Of a DNA stretch of 64,000 bases, positions 37,955-50,745 are shown piece after piece. The first letter of the stretch is position 1. Every line of letters starts with the position of its first letter. Source of the DNA: Squalus acanthias (lineage: Eukaryota); contig CM059438.1 of the NCBI GenBank assembly GCA_030390025.1, forward strand, positions 68,946,001 through 69,010,000, in the 5' to 3' direction. A program made the translations under genes and the position numbers. A model generated the notes under the pieces. The model was not told where the DNA came from and searched no databases. It was given only the letters and a program-made list of their open reading frames with translations.

Positions 37955-40900
37955 CTCTGGAAGCAACTTGTTTCAGCACAAGCTTTTAAATGAACAATAA
38001 AGTACTTGAGCACCAGCACCTGTAGACTTTTGAAACTTTAGGCAAGCATAGGAAAGTTCCAAAAATGCATACAATTGCACCAGTAGCTGGAAGAAATAAT
38101 CCAGCAAATAACCTGTAAGTAGTTCATGATCCCTTTAAATAGTACTGGTGGGAGGGGGCGGTCTTCATGCCATTTAACATCGTGTTCAGCTGTGCAACAT
38201 TGAGAGAGGGTGTAGGCTGGAGCGTGGCTTTCAAAAATGGCAGCACTAGTGTCACATCAGTGCTGCCCACTGATTGAGATCATAATCTGCCTGCACTTTA
38301 TGCTGCCAGCGGGAGTTAGGTGCATGCGCGCAAACCCCTTTACCAAGATGGCGTCCGGCCCACTTCCCATCTGAAGTGTGTGCGTGCATCTCTGATCCCA
38401 TTTTCCACTGTTAGGAGGCCGCGGAGTACCTAAAAAATGGCTGCTACAGAGCCCAATTTCTCCTCCCTAGTCTTTAAAATATAGCTGTTTAACATATTAA
38501 TAAATAGCTACAAGGCTGGGGAAGAAGACGAGGGCAGAGCCTGTTTTATTCTTAGAATTTCTTTGTGACTTGGTCAAGACTAAAGAAGTGTACTGCTGGC
38601 AACAACTGACTGAAGCCTTTTGCTAACACCACAGTGCCATTTTCTTCAACTAAATAATTGATTGTGAAGAAAATGCTGGGCTGAGTAAAGAGAACCGATT
38701 AGCAGTATAAAGTGTTTCTGTGAAACTCATCTTACTTTGTAGCTGAGCAAGTTATACTACTGATTATGTGCATACTACAGAAGAAGTAAGAATTTCTCTG
38801 ATGGTGACTATGAGGACATGCACTCATAGTAGACATAGGATAGTAGACACAACTGAATGCAAAGGAAGTATTCAGACATCAACCAAATACATATGGCTAT
38901 TGGCCCAGATATTCCGATCGCAGGCCACCCGCGGGCGGAGGGCTGCGAACTGGAAAAACCTGCGCCAAGACCGGAGGGCTCCCAGGAGGAGCAGAGTTCC
39001 GTTGCTGGGCCTCTCCAAAATGCCGGTGCGCAGGGCCCACGTAACCCAGGGGCGCAGGTAGTTCGCAGCGTCCCTGGGATCACGTGGGCCATGGGGAGCC
39101 AATCAGAGAAGGGAATCTCCCTTCATACATTTGACAGGAAGACCTGTCAAATATATGAATGGAGATCACCCCCAAAACATAGTAAAACTTTAAATAATTT
39201 TTTTTTTTAAATCACATTTTTAAAATGACTTGAAATTACATAAATTAACTATTTTAAACAAAAATTTAAATTTTTGAAAAAAATAATTAAAGTTTTTTAC
39301 GGGGTACCTTTTTTTAAAGTATTTTTAAATGATAAAATCAGTGGAAATTTTTTTTAAAAACTTTTTTTCAACTGTTATCCTGGTAAAAGCAGGCCTTACG
39401 CCTGCTTTTACCAGGCGCAAGAATTCTAAGTGCTTTCTGCAGACAGAGGGTCACCACAAAGCGGAACTATCAAGAGCTTTCTTGACAGATCGGAAATGCC
39501 GGTTTCCAGCGCATGCGCAGTGCATGCCTAAAACCGGCATTTCCGATGTCCCTACGGGTGGGTATACAGCGCGTACCCACCCGTAGGGATCGGAATATCC
39601 GGCTCAGTATCTTTTGGCCAATATTGGAGGCATTCTCCTCACTCCAGTTGAAATCCAATTTCTAACCATTTTGCCCGTTTCCTTGAATGGATGTGGAGAA
39701 GCTCAAGGTTGTCTTTGAAGCACACATAGGCGCTGACTCACTCCTGAGTTCCCCAGCCCCTCTGATGTTTATGACCACATTGCTCAGCCAATGCCAGTGA
39801 TGGCTTTGTGTTCAATGTCGGTATTCTACTTAAGGTGAGCAATTCACTTCGCTACACATTGGAGCCAATACTGGGAAAGAAATGTCACAGATCCCGAGTT
39901 CCTCTTTATTAAACTCTTTCAATTACTATATTGCAAAAAAAATACAATTTTCTGCATTGCCGTTAATCCCAGCTGAAATGTAACAATAGCAGATTTTAGC
40001 TGCTCTGTTTACCAGATTATGCCAGTATCAGTTGTTTGTTATTAACCATAGCTCTCGCTCCAAGCAGTTATGTTCTTATTCTAACAGCACAGATACCCGA
40101 AACATCTAAGCCAAAAGCAAAGCACTGCGGATGCTGGAAATTGGAAATAAAAACAGGAAATACTGGAAATACTCAGCAGGTCACCAGCAACTGTGAAGAG
40201 AGCAACAGAGTTTACGAAAGGTCATCGACCTGAAACGTTGACTCTGTTTCTCTCTCCACAGATGCTGCCTGACCTGCTGAGTATTTCCAGCATTTTCTGT
40301 TCTTATGCCCGAAATATCTGCTGCATTCAGCAAACTGTACCATTCGGAGCTCTGTCCTGTCGGTTTACAATGCTTCTGGCACAAACCAATCAGCAACTAT
40401 TTACTTCAATCTTAATTCACTGTGGCTGGTCCTATCTGGAGACCAGATTTCGATACTGTTCTGTATCTGGTGGTTTTCCTCCAGATGGTTTAAATATTGA
40501 TTGAGAATCTTCTGGCCCCTGTTGCAAAGTTAAAAACAAACGAGTGTCAGTTCAGTACTACACAAGTGCATAAATTTAATTTATCTAGATACAAGTGAAA
40601 ATGCTACAAGAGTTCATTCACTTTGCATCAGTCAAGTCTTGCAAAGGATATGTAGCTATATTAGAATGAACAAACTTGCATTTATGTAGCACCGTGTCAT
40701 GTCCCCGGGACATCACAAAACACTGCACGGACAATAAATTACTTTAGCGGTGCAGCCACTGTTCTTATGTAGGCATGTTTGTAGTGAATTTACACGCAGC
40801 AAATAAATAAATGATCAGAGAATCTGTTTTTAGTGCTGTTAGTTGAAAGAATGTTGGCCAGAAGTCAAAGAGGACACCCTGCACTTATTCAAATAGTGCC

Positions 40901-41250
40901 GTGGAATCTTCTACATCCAGCTGGTCAGGCAGATGGAGCCTTGAGTTGACATCTCATCTGAAAGATGGCATCTCTGACAATGCAGCATTCCCTCAGTACT
41001 GCACTCATGTCAGCCTTGATTGCTGGTCCTGATTTGTATCTGCAACTTTCGGACTCGGAAGCAACAGGAGCCAAGGTGACAATTACATTCCAACTAAATG
41101 ATAATGGGCCAAAAATTCGGCACTTGCCGGGTGAGTACGCGCTGTGTACTCACCCGTAAGGCCACCTGAAGTGCCGGTTTCCTGCATGCACTGTGCATGC
41201 GCGGGAAACCGGCACTTCCGGTATGGTGAAGGGAGCGGTTCAGAGGTGAA
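37757..41250 (-). repeat. Right arm of inverted duplication
   Basis: Reverse complement of the left arm, minus the copy C and 27956-31000 insertions. Confidence 0.96.
38902..39619. mobile_element. GGCCC-family MITE (copy B', uninterrupted)
   Basis: Mirror of copy B with empty AGT site at 39181. Confidence 0.92.
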
Positions 41251-41863
41251 CCGCGTGCGCACTAGAGGCTGCGCGCACGCAGCACACTTAGGTTTTTTTC
41301 AAGTTTCAACGCGAGGGTAAGTATGGAAGATTCTACGCAAGTAAAAAGGAGGCGTAAGACCCCTTTTGAACAAGGTAAGTAGTTAATTAAGTATAATTTT
41401 AATTTTTTTTCAACAGGTTTATCTTTTTTAGAGACTTTAAAGAAAGGTAAGTTTATTTTTATAACTTTGAAAAAGTATTTTAATTTTTTCAAAAATTTAA
41501 ATTTTTGTTTAAAGTGGTTAATTTATTTAACTATAGTTATTTTATTAATGTGATGGTTTTTTTTTACATTTATTTGAGGTTTAGCTGTTCTTTTGGGGCC
41601 GAGTCCAATTCACAGATTTGACACCTGTCAAATCTATGAATGAAAGATGGTCTGCTGCCATTGGCTCTCCATGGCCCACGTGATCCCAGGGGTCGCATCG
41701 CACTAACTGCGCTCCTGGAACACGCACACACTGCGCGCCGGCACTAGGGAGAGGCCCGGGACCCGAAGTTCCTGCGGGGGCAAACAAGGACGGCAGACGC
41801 GGTAGGTGATATCGCGCGCGATCCTTACCCCCGTGGCAAGCCTCCGAATCGAATTTCTAGGCC
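41106..41863. mobile_element. GGCCC-family MITE (copy E), A/D chimera
   Basis: 41106-~41250 resembles the end of copy A, while the remainder matches copy D. Flanks are AAT and ATT. Confidence 0.9.
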
Positions 41864-42819
41864 ATTATTTTGAAAGGTCGATAGAAAGGAAACGCTCGAG
41901 AGGTAAAATTAAGTTGATTTTCCCACCCCTACAAGGCAGCCAGAGAGAAATTCTATTTTACTCAATCCTATCCTCTCCTCTTCCCACCCGCCCCCATCCT
42001 GAAATCCAACCAGAACAAGGTAAAAGACTCTTTGGCATGATTGTGTAACCTTGGTCAAAGTTTCCCTGCAATATTCAAGATTCATGAGTTAGACATTTTC
42101 CAAGAAGGTGACAATAATTGAAAATCTACTTGCATATGTTGCTTAACAAAAATGCTGCAGATACCAGTTGGCGAGGCAGTGCACATCAGATACCTTTTCA
42201 GCACGGTTAGCATCCTGCTAATTAATCAAGCTTCACATATTGTAACTTGAAATAGATTTTCTGTCTCTGCTGTCCAGCAAAACCAGTTCCGTCTCTTCGC
42301 AGCAGTCATTAACTCTTGTGTCACGCGGTATAGCAAGTGATGGAGTATGCAGGGAGGGAATTAAGGTACTTTCAAACCATGAGTTTAGAGTCAATGAAAC
42401 AATTAATGAGGTGTGTCTGAACGCTGAAAGTATAAATTTGCATTACTGAAGGGATTAACAGATGAATGACCTTTCAAAAGAAGAAATGCATGCTCGCTCA
42501 ATAATGGATATGTGCCAAGTTTGCAGCATTAATTTTCCAACAAGGTAGTTGGTGAATAGCGATCCAAGGTAACCAAAATCTAGAACAGTGACTTGAGGTT
42601 TATCCAGCTACCTTCACTAATCAAACATTTATTGTTGCATCTCTGTAGCAGCAATTCTTATCTGTAAATCAGGTGACCTCTCCTCAATTGGTCTTAAACA
42701 ACAGCAATTTATTGCCTGTGAAATCAATATTAGGCTTCCAAGAGTTGCTGTCAAAAAATTGGAACTCACACTGTTGCAAAGCCTGAAGCTGGTGAGGTAT
42801 AACTTTCTGTAACGTGTTT

Positions 42820-43300
42820 CTTTTTTAAATTCGTTTATGGGATCAGGGCGTCACTGGCAAGGCCAGCATTTCTTGCCCATCCCTAATTGCCCTTGAGAAG
42901 GTGATGGTGAGCCGCCTTCTTGAACCGCTGCAGTCCGTGTGGTGAAGGTGCTCCCACAGTGCTATTAGGGAGGGAGTTCCAGGATTTTGACCCAGCAACG
43001 ATGAAGGATCGGCGATATACTTCCAAGTCAGGATGGTGTGTGACTTGGAGGGGAACGTGCAGGTGCCCATGCGCCTGCTGCCCTTGTCCTTCTAGGTGGA
43101 AGAGGTCACAGGTTTGGGAGGTGCTGCCGAAGAAGCCTTGGCGAGTTGCTGCAGTGCATCTTGTAGATGGTACACACTGCAGCCACGGTGGAGGCAGTGA
43201 ATGTTTAAGGTGATGGATGGGGTGCCAATCAAGTGGGCTACTTTGTCTTGGATAGTGTTGAGCTTCTTGAGTGTTGTTGGAGCTGCACTGATCCAGGCAA
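42820..43300 (-). mobile_element. LINE 3' fragment (same family as 46168-48133)
   Basis: ..GSKSWNSLPNSTVGAPSPHGLQRFKKAAHHHLLKGN stop, followed by the 3' tail. Confidence 0.9.
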
Positions 43301-44464
43301 GAGGGAAGGAAGATGAGGGACAAGGGAAGATATTAGTTATGAAAAGCATTTTATTGGTGCACCAGCATGGAACTAATATAAATTGGGTTGCCTGATAATA
43401 TATTCATTTTAGTAAATGCAGCCAGCTACACAACACAAGTTCGTCCCAGACTGTAAATAAAATGGATCAAATTTTTCATTGTTGAGGATTTGATTGCAAC
43501 ACACAATTTGGCACACATTGTCCTGCATAATTTACAAAAAGTGAACCGCAGTTTAGATATCAGCAGGAATATAAAACAGGATTGGTTGAAGTACACTAAA
43601 TCTTTTGTTCACCTCCAAAGTATAAAGTCTGACCAGATACATTTGGGCTTCGTACTAACAATAAATACAGTTTGCCACTTCTAGGCAGGTTAAGATTAAT
43701 GTGAATGCCAATGTGCTCATCACAAACAGTGGAATATTGTGATTTGAGTTAGGGCAGCACAGAATTAGTGGAGTTGAACATGATACAACATAATAGTAAT
43801 ATTCAATTTCAAGGTTGGCAACGTTGTTCTTTTTCACATTTAGCAGTGTAATAGATACCAATCATAATGCTTCCTGCTCAAGTCATGGCATTAGTAGAAA
43901 GGCAGAGAAGCTATCTGACAAGGTATCCTTTACATTGTTAATTGAAGGCAGTGCAGTCTTCACCAAGACTAAAATTTTAATTAAAACTGGCATGGGCATA
44001 ACGCAAAATTTTATTTCAATGAAACCAATGCCCAATTTGTCAGAGAGAGAAAAGAGGGATATAGATAGTGAACTATGTATTCTTTTGTCAAGCTCTGAGG
44101 CTGGCCAGCTGGACCAAAGTGGTCTTTTCCAGTCCAATCCATTCTTATGTTCCTAAGTAAAGAAGATGTACTCTTCTGATTGAAGCAAACATGAGCTCGC
44201 TCCCTTTCTCTCTCTCTTTCTCTCTCTCTTGCATGCTCGCTCGCTATCTCTTTCTCTCTCTCTCTTTCTTTCTCTCTCTCTCCCTTTCTCTCTCTCGTGT
44301 TTATCTGGGGCCAACAGGTCAATGGTTGGCTCTTCTTAAATGTCATATATTTGTAAATATTGGATTCTCCACCTAACCATATCTCTGCATACTCTCCACA
44401 TCCGTGCTTAATCCAAAATAACACCGTGAATGTTAATCCATCTTTGCAGAGTGCAAAACTATTG

Positions 44465-45237
44465 GGGGTAAAAATTGAGTCGCGCCCCATTTGGGGCGCT
44501 AACCTCGCCGGGGTGCGACTTTTAGCGCCCCGAAAAAATTAGCGGCCCCGCGCCGGAACTTCAGTGGTTGCGCCCCAAGAGGGAAGCGGGGCGCAACTGG
44601 AAGCAGCCCGCATCCCTCTTGGGGCGCTGCGAGTGAATATCCTGGCGCTGCGTGCCGCAGCGCCACGCGCTGCGGCACGTCGCGCCGCGGTATTGCAGGC
44701 CTTCCTCCCCTTCTTAAAGGGGAGGGGCCTTGCGCAGCGCGGAGCGGGGCCCAGCTGGGCCCCCAGGGATCGGGAGTGCCGGCAAAAGAGCCCGGCACTC
44801 AAGAGAAGTGCCGGGCTCTTGGAGCGCAGCCGGCACTTCACGGTGGGGGGGCTTCACGGGGGCCGGGGACAGCAACGGGGGCAGGTGCTGGCAGGCGGCC
44901 AGCAACAAAAATGGCCGCCTGCCACCTCCCCTTTAAATATCGCCGCCCCGGCCGCACGTACGCCCCCCTGAACCCGTCGGACATAGCGTCTGGCGGTAAA
45001 TCAGGGGGCACGACTGAAGATCACGGCCGGGGCGCGAGCGGGGCGCTGCGCACGGCGATGACGTCATCGCCGGCGGCGCAGCGCCACAGGGCGCTACCGG
45101 CTGCCGCCGCCGCTAACCTCCCACTAAATTTTTCGGGAGGCGTGGGCGGCGCTGCGCCCGGGCGTTAGCTGCTTTACGCCCCATTAGCGCCCTCTTAAGG
45201 CGCTAACGGGAGGCGCAAGCAGCTGAATTTTTCCCCC
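44465..45237. mobile_element. CpG-rich Harbinger-type MITE
   Basis: TIR GGGGTAAAAATT/AATTTTTCCCCC, TSD TTG. About 80 terminal bp are nearly identical to the start of 14153-15056 in reverse orientation. Confidence 0.9.
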
Positions 45238-45823
45238 TTGGTGTTCGAAATGGCTTAAATATGGTTGGGATTGGAAGACCTGTTAGATTCCATTATTGAG
45301 ATATAGTGTGACGTTTTTTTGGCTGGGGAGAGGCTAACAAACATTCCCAAATGCAGTAAATACCTGCTGTCAGACCAATTCTAAACTCTGCTGAATATGT
45401 ATTAGATGCTGGTCGGATTCTTTACCTTGGAGTCGGGTCGGGTGCGTGCGGGTCGTGTAGCGGTGTCTGATTATCCTTCCAGTAAAAGTTCACCCTCAAC
45501 ATCAATTTATGGCACAGAAGGAGGCCATTCGACCCACCAGCCAGAATTTTCCTTACCTGGTCGGGTCTGTTGTGGGCAGCCACCATTTCGGGTCCCGACC
45601 CCATTGCTACCTCCATGCCGCTTCAGAAAATGACTTTCCGCTAATGGGGCTTGTTATAACGGCATTGCCCGGCCCAATTAAATGGAGCCGGTCTGGTGAC
45701 GTCATCGATGATACGTTTTCAGTCGGGATATTTAAAGGGACCATGGCCACATTGCATTTGAAGGTTCATCTAGGAGTGTGCAGTCAGTGCAATTGCTTTG
45801 CACTGCTGTACACAAGGGCAGAA

Positions 45824-48800
45824 ATGACTGCACAGAGAGAGAGAGCTGCAGCCAAGTTCTCCGATGACTCCCTTCACCTGCTTGTGGAGGGAGTCCGAGC
45901 ACGCAGGGATGTCCTCTTCCCTCCTGATGGCCGGAAGAGACCTCCCCAGCAAACCAAAGGAGCCTGGCTCCAGATAGCCGAGGAGGTCAACAGCAGGGAC
46001 ATCGTGCAGAGGGCCTGGGTGCAGTGCTGCAAACGCTTCAACAATCTTGTGAGATCAGGAAATGTGAGTACAAAGCCACACTCATCTTCATCCTGCTGTG
46101 CCACTCATCACATCCCCATCATTCTGCCTTCCCAACCCTACTCCTGCACATCCTTAAGAGCATGCACCAGGCGTACCTAAAAATGAGGTGCCAACCTGGG
46201 GAAGTTGCAACACAGGACTACATGCATGTTAAAAAGCGGAAGCAGCATGCTATAGACAGGGCTAAGCAATCCCACAATCAACGGATCAGATCAAAGTTCT
46301 GCAGTCCTGCCACATCCAGTCGTGAATGGTGGTGGACCACTAAACAACTAACGGGAGGAGGAGGCACCATGAATATCCCCATCCTCAATGATGGTGGAGC
46401 CCAACACGTGAGTGCAAAAGACAAGGCTGAAGCGTTTGCAACCATCTTCAGCCAGAAGTGCCGAGTGGATGATCCATATCAGCCTACTCCTGAGGTCCCC
46501 ACCATCACAGAAGCCAGTCTTCAGCCAATTCGATTCACTCCATGTGATATCAAGAAACGGCTTAGCGCATTGGATACAGCAAAGGCTATGGGCCCCGACA
46601 GCATCCCGGCTATCGTGCTGAAGACTTGTGCTACAGAACTAGCTGCGCCTCTAGCCAAGCTGTTCCAGTACAGCTACAACACTGGCATCTATCCAACAAT
46701 GTGGAAAACTGCCCAGGTATGTCCTGTCCACAAAAACCAGGGCAAATCCAACTCGGCCAATTACCACCCCATCAGTCTACTCTCAATCATCAGCAAAGTG
46801 ATGGAGGATGTCATCGACAGTGCTATCAAGCGGCACTTACTCACCAATAACCTGCTCACTGATGCCCAGTTTGGGTTCTGCTAAGATCACTTGGCTCCCG
46901 GCCTCATTACAGCCTTGGTCCAAACATGGACAAAGGATCTGAATTCCAGAGGTGATGTGAGAGTGACTGCCCTGGACATCAAGGCAGCATTTGACCAAGT
47001 GTGACATCAAGGAGCCCTAGTAAAACTGAAGTCAATGGGAATCGGAGGGAAAACGTTCCACTGGTTGGAGTCATACCTAGCACAAAGGAAGATGGTTGTG
47101 GTGGTTGAAGGTCAATCATCACAGCCCCAGGACATCGCAGCAGGAGTTCCTCAGGGCAGTGTCCTAGGCACAACCATCTTCAGCTGCTTCATCGATGACC
47201 TTCCCTCCAACATAAGGTCAGAAATGGGGATGTTCGCTGATGACTGCACAGTGATCAGCGCCATTCACAACTCCTCAGATAATGAAGCAGTCCATGCCCA
47301 CATGCAACAAAACCTGGAAGATGTTCAGGCTTGGGCTGATAAGTGGCAAGTAACATTCGCGGAACAGAAGTGCCAGACAATGACTATCTCCAACAAGCGA
47401 GAGTCTAACCACCTCCCCTTGACATTCAATGGCATTATCATCGCCGAATCCCCCACCATCAACATCCTGGTGGTCATCATTGACCAGAAACTTAACTGGA
47501 CCAGCCACATAAATACTGTGGCAACAAGAGCAGGTCAGAGGCTAGGTATTCTGCGGCGGGTGTCTCACCTCCTGACCCCCCAAAGTCTTTACACCATCTA
47601 CAAGGCACAAGTGAGGAGTGTGATGGAATACTCTCAACTTGCCTGGATGAGTGCAGCTCCAACAACACTCAAGAAGCTCGACACCATCCAGGACAAAGCA
47701 GCCCGCTTGATTGGCACCCCATCCACCACCTTAAACATTCACTCCCTCCACCACCGGCGTAACGTTGCTGCAGTGTGTACCATCTACAAGATGCACTGCA
47801 GCAACTCACCAAGACTTCTTCAGCAGCACCTTCCAAACCCGCGACCTCTTCCACCTAGAAGGACAAGGGCAGCAGGCGCATGCGAACACCACCACCTCCA
47901 AGTTCCCCTCCGAGGCACACACCATCCTGACTTAGAAGTATATCGCCGATCCTTCATCGTCGCTGGGTCAAAATCCTGGAACTCCTTACCTAACAGCACT
48001 GTGGGAGTACCATCACCACACGGACTGCAGCAGTTCAAGAAGGCGGCTCACCACCACCTTCTCAAGGGCAATTAGGGATGGGCAATAAATGCTGGCCTTG
48101 CCAGCGACGTCCACATCCCATAAACGAATTTTTAAAAAATCACACCAACATATCTTGTACCTCCACCCATCCCTCTCGCTCTCTCTCTCTCTCTTTCACT
48201 CTATCTACATTGTCACATCCCCATCTTACTAGCCACCCCTCACACTCACCCTCATCCTAATGCAATCATACCAACTAGCAGTACACAAGGAGGCCACTTG
48301 GAATTACCACCCCGCTCCATCATAGTCACGCTCTACACATGTAATCCATTCATTCCATCTCTCTAACTCATCCTTCTCTTCTTTCCCTCTATGCAGGAAA
48401 AGAGAGCCCACAATAAGAGGGAGAGGGAGAGAACTGGTGGAGGACCAGCATCACTCGCAACCCTGACCACTGCAGAGGAGGCTGTGTTGGAGCCCTCGGG
48501 AGTTTCTGAGCACCCGGAAGTGGGAGACAGAGAGAGGGGGACATCTCAGCAACCTGGTGAGAGAATCACTTTTCATACAGCTACATGGCATACATCAGTC
48601 ACTCATATGGGGACTGATGTCAGCAGCCACTGAATGATAATTATGTGCAGAATGTTATCTGTGCCCAATGTACATATGACATATGTAACTCATCTCTTTA
48701 CTCTTCCACTGGTCCATCAAGAGCCTCCCCCTCCGCCCCCCCCCCACCCCTTGTCAAGGAGGAAGCCGAAGACAACTCCTCAGAGGAGACTCCAGCCTCT

Positions 48801-49635
48801 GAGGGCACAGCATCACCTGACATAAGCCCACCCAGCACCAGCACAGAGATGCACACCTCGGTGGGTCCCACGCAACATAGAGTAGTGTTGTCACCTGGCG
48901 TCTCTCAAATCACAAGTGAGACAGGAAAAGCAGTGGAAACTCCTTGTCGGGGGTCACAGCAGCCTCCTAGCTCTGCTCAGCTGCATGCAGACACTGAGCC
49001 TCACGGGCCATCCAGAAAGAGGGCTATGACTGCCAGTGTTCAGAGAATGGAGAAGTCCTTCTCCAACATGAGCACCAGCGTGTCACAGGCAATGGCAACT
49101 GTAGGCTCCTCCATGGATAGGATGGCCACCTACATGGATCAGCTAATGCGCCAGTCTCAGGAGCACATGGTGTCTATTCAAAATAGATGGCTATCTATGG
49201 AGGATGGATACCAGAGACTCATAGATGTACTCTCCAGGAGGGATGTCAATGTAGACCTGGGTCCTCCTGGCTCCATTGCTGTGCAGCAAGGTGCTCTCCA
49301 GCTCCTTGCTAGCAGGGAAATGTGGGTGGCCCATGAGAGGAATGATGGTGGGAGGGGAAATGCAAGTGGCGGCTCACACTTCTTCCCCCTTGCCAACCCT
49401 TCATTCAGAGTCCAAGATGCCTCCCCAAATAGCAATGGCCAAGTCTGCCCCTGCACAGTTGCAGAAGGAGCAGACTTTGGCGGGACCCTCACAGGCTCCA
49501 AAACCCAGAGGACGACTGCCAAAAGTGTCTAAGCAGGCGCAACAGGGAAGTGAGGAGGTTGCCTCTACCTCTGCTGAAGCCACAGGGGTAGCACTATGTA
49601 GAAGCACCTGTAAAAGAAAGATGCCACACAAGTAG
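45824..49635 (+). pseudogene. Harbinger Myb/SANT-like gene, three exons
   Basis: Exon 1 45824-46063 (MTAQRERAAAKFSDDSL..W..IAEEV..W..CCKRFNNL, then GTGAGT). Exon 2 48397-48556 (EKRAHNKRERERTGGG). Exon 3 from 48712 with a mutated acceptor and a later frameshift. Exon phases are consistent. Confidence 0.85.
46168..48133 (+). mobile_element. 5'-truncated CR1-group LINE (RT region, a few stops)
   Basis: KAMGPDSIP, YHPISLLSIISKVME, GVPQGSVLG, FADDCT motifs. A-rich 3' end. Confidence 0.92.
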
Positions 49636-49912
49636 ATTCACAATGGTAGTCACTTGTTCAATGTTATTGTGAAGTTTCCGTTACTTTAATGTTTACCATA
49701 AATTTTATCTATTTTCAAAACTTTCCTGTTTTGGACAAATTTGTGTGCACAATGGGAAGTGGCTTAATTAGTTGGAGTGAAGGGTCAGACTTAACTTTAA
49801 CTCCAGCAATGGTGGTGACTGTGAAAGGAATGGATTGGTCATTGTAGGAATGCTTTATGGTCTGGCTGTGGGGTGTTGCCAACCTGGTGAGGCATATGGC
49901 AGAGATATGGGT

Positions 49913-50745
49913 TTACTGCGTAAAGTTAAGTAAATTTGGCCATGATGAGGCCATCCCTGGCCTCATAGGCAGCAATGTGCTCACGTGCTGGTGCCATATG
50001 CACCGTAGGTTCCTCCAGCTCTTCCTCCTCCTCGTCTTCCACTTGATGCTCCTCCTCCTCCTCTGAAGAGGCTGTGCGCTCTGCGCCTTGTTCCTCATGC
50101 AGCCTAATCCCCGCTGCTGCGCCATGTTGTGCAGGGCGCAGTAGATCATGATGATTCTGGAGAACCTGGCAGGTGTATACTGAAGGACTCCTCCAGATCT
50201 GTCAAGGCATCTGAATCGCATTTTTAGCATGCTTATTGTCTGCTCTAGGACACATCTGGTGGAGATGTGGCTTTCATTGTATCTCTCCTCGGCCTCAGTA
50301 CTTGGCCTCCTCAAGGGTGTCATGATCCACGTCTTCAGTGGATAGCCCTTGTCTCCAAGCAGCCAGCCAGAAAGTCTATTTGGAGGAGCGAAGAGCTGAG
50401 GGAGGATGGACTGGCGCAGAACGAAAGAGTCATGGCAGCTGCCAAGGAATTTGGTGCACACATGCATGATGATCTTCCTATGGTTGCAGACCAGCTGCAC
50501 ATTGAGGGAGTGGAAGCCTTTACAGTTGACAAAGACTCCTGGGTAATGATGGGGTGCCCTGATGGCCACATGTGTGCAGTGGATGATGCCCTGCACCCAT
50601 GGGAAGCCAGCCAGAGTGGCAAAGGCCAGCGCCCGCTCAGTAACAGTGGCTTCATCAGTGGCAAAGTTGATATAATTGGCTGACTTGTCAAACAGAGCAT
50701 TGGTCACCTGGGTGATGCATCTGTTGGCGGCTGACTGCGAGATCC
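49913..50745 (-). pseudogene. HARBI1-like nuclease remnant, 5'-truncated
   Basis: [14 protein letters not shown] (catalytic D changed to H), [22 protein letters not shown]. Confidence 0.9.

Larger units (their letters stand above)
34731..38467. mobile_element. Decayed two-gene Harbinger (Myb/SANT on +, nuclease on -)
   Basis: Ends GGGGAGACATTGG / CCCAATTTCTCCTCCC flanked by TAG. Convergent gene remnants inside. Confidence 0.85.

Noticed and set aside
24400..41250. Inverted duplication as an assembly artefact
   Set aside because: The arms differ by scattered substitutions, small indels and two TSD-flanked insertions. The junction logic is coherent, although long reads would be decisive.
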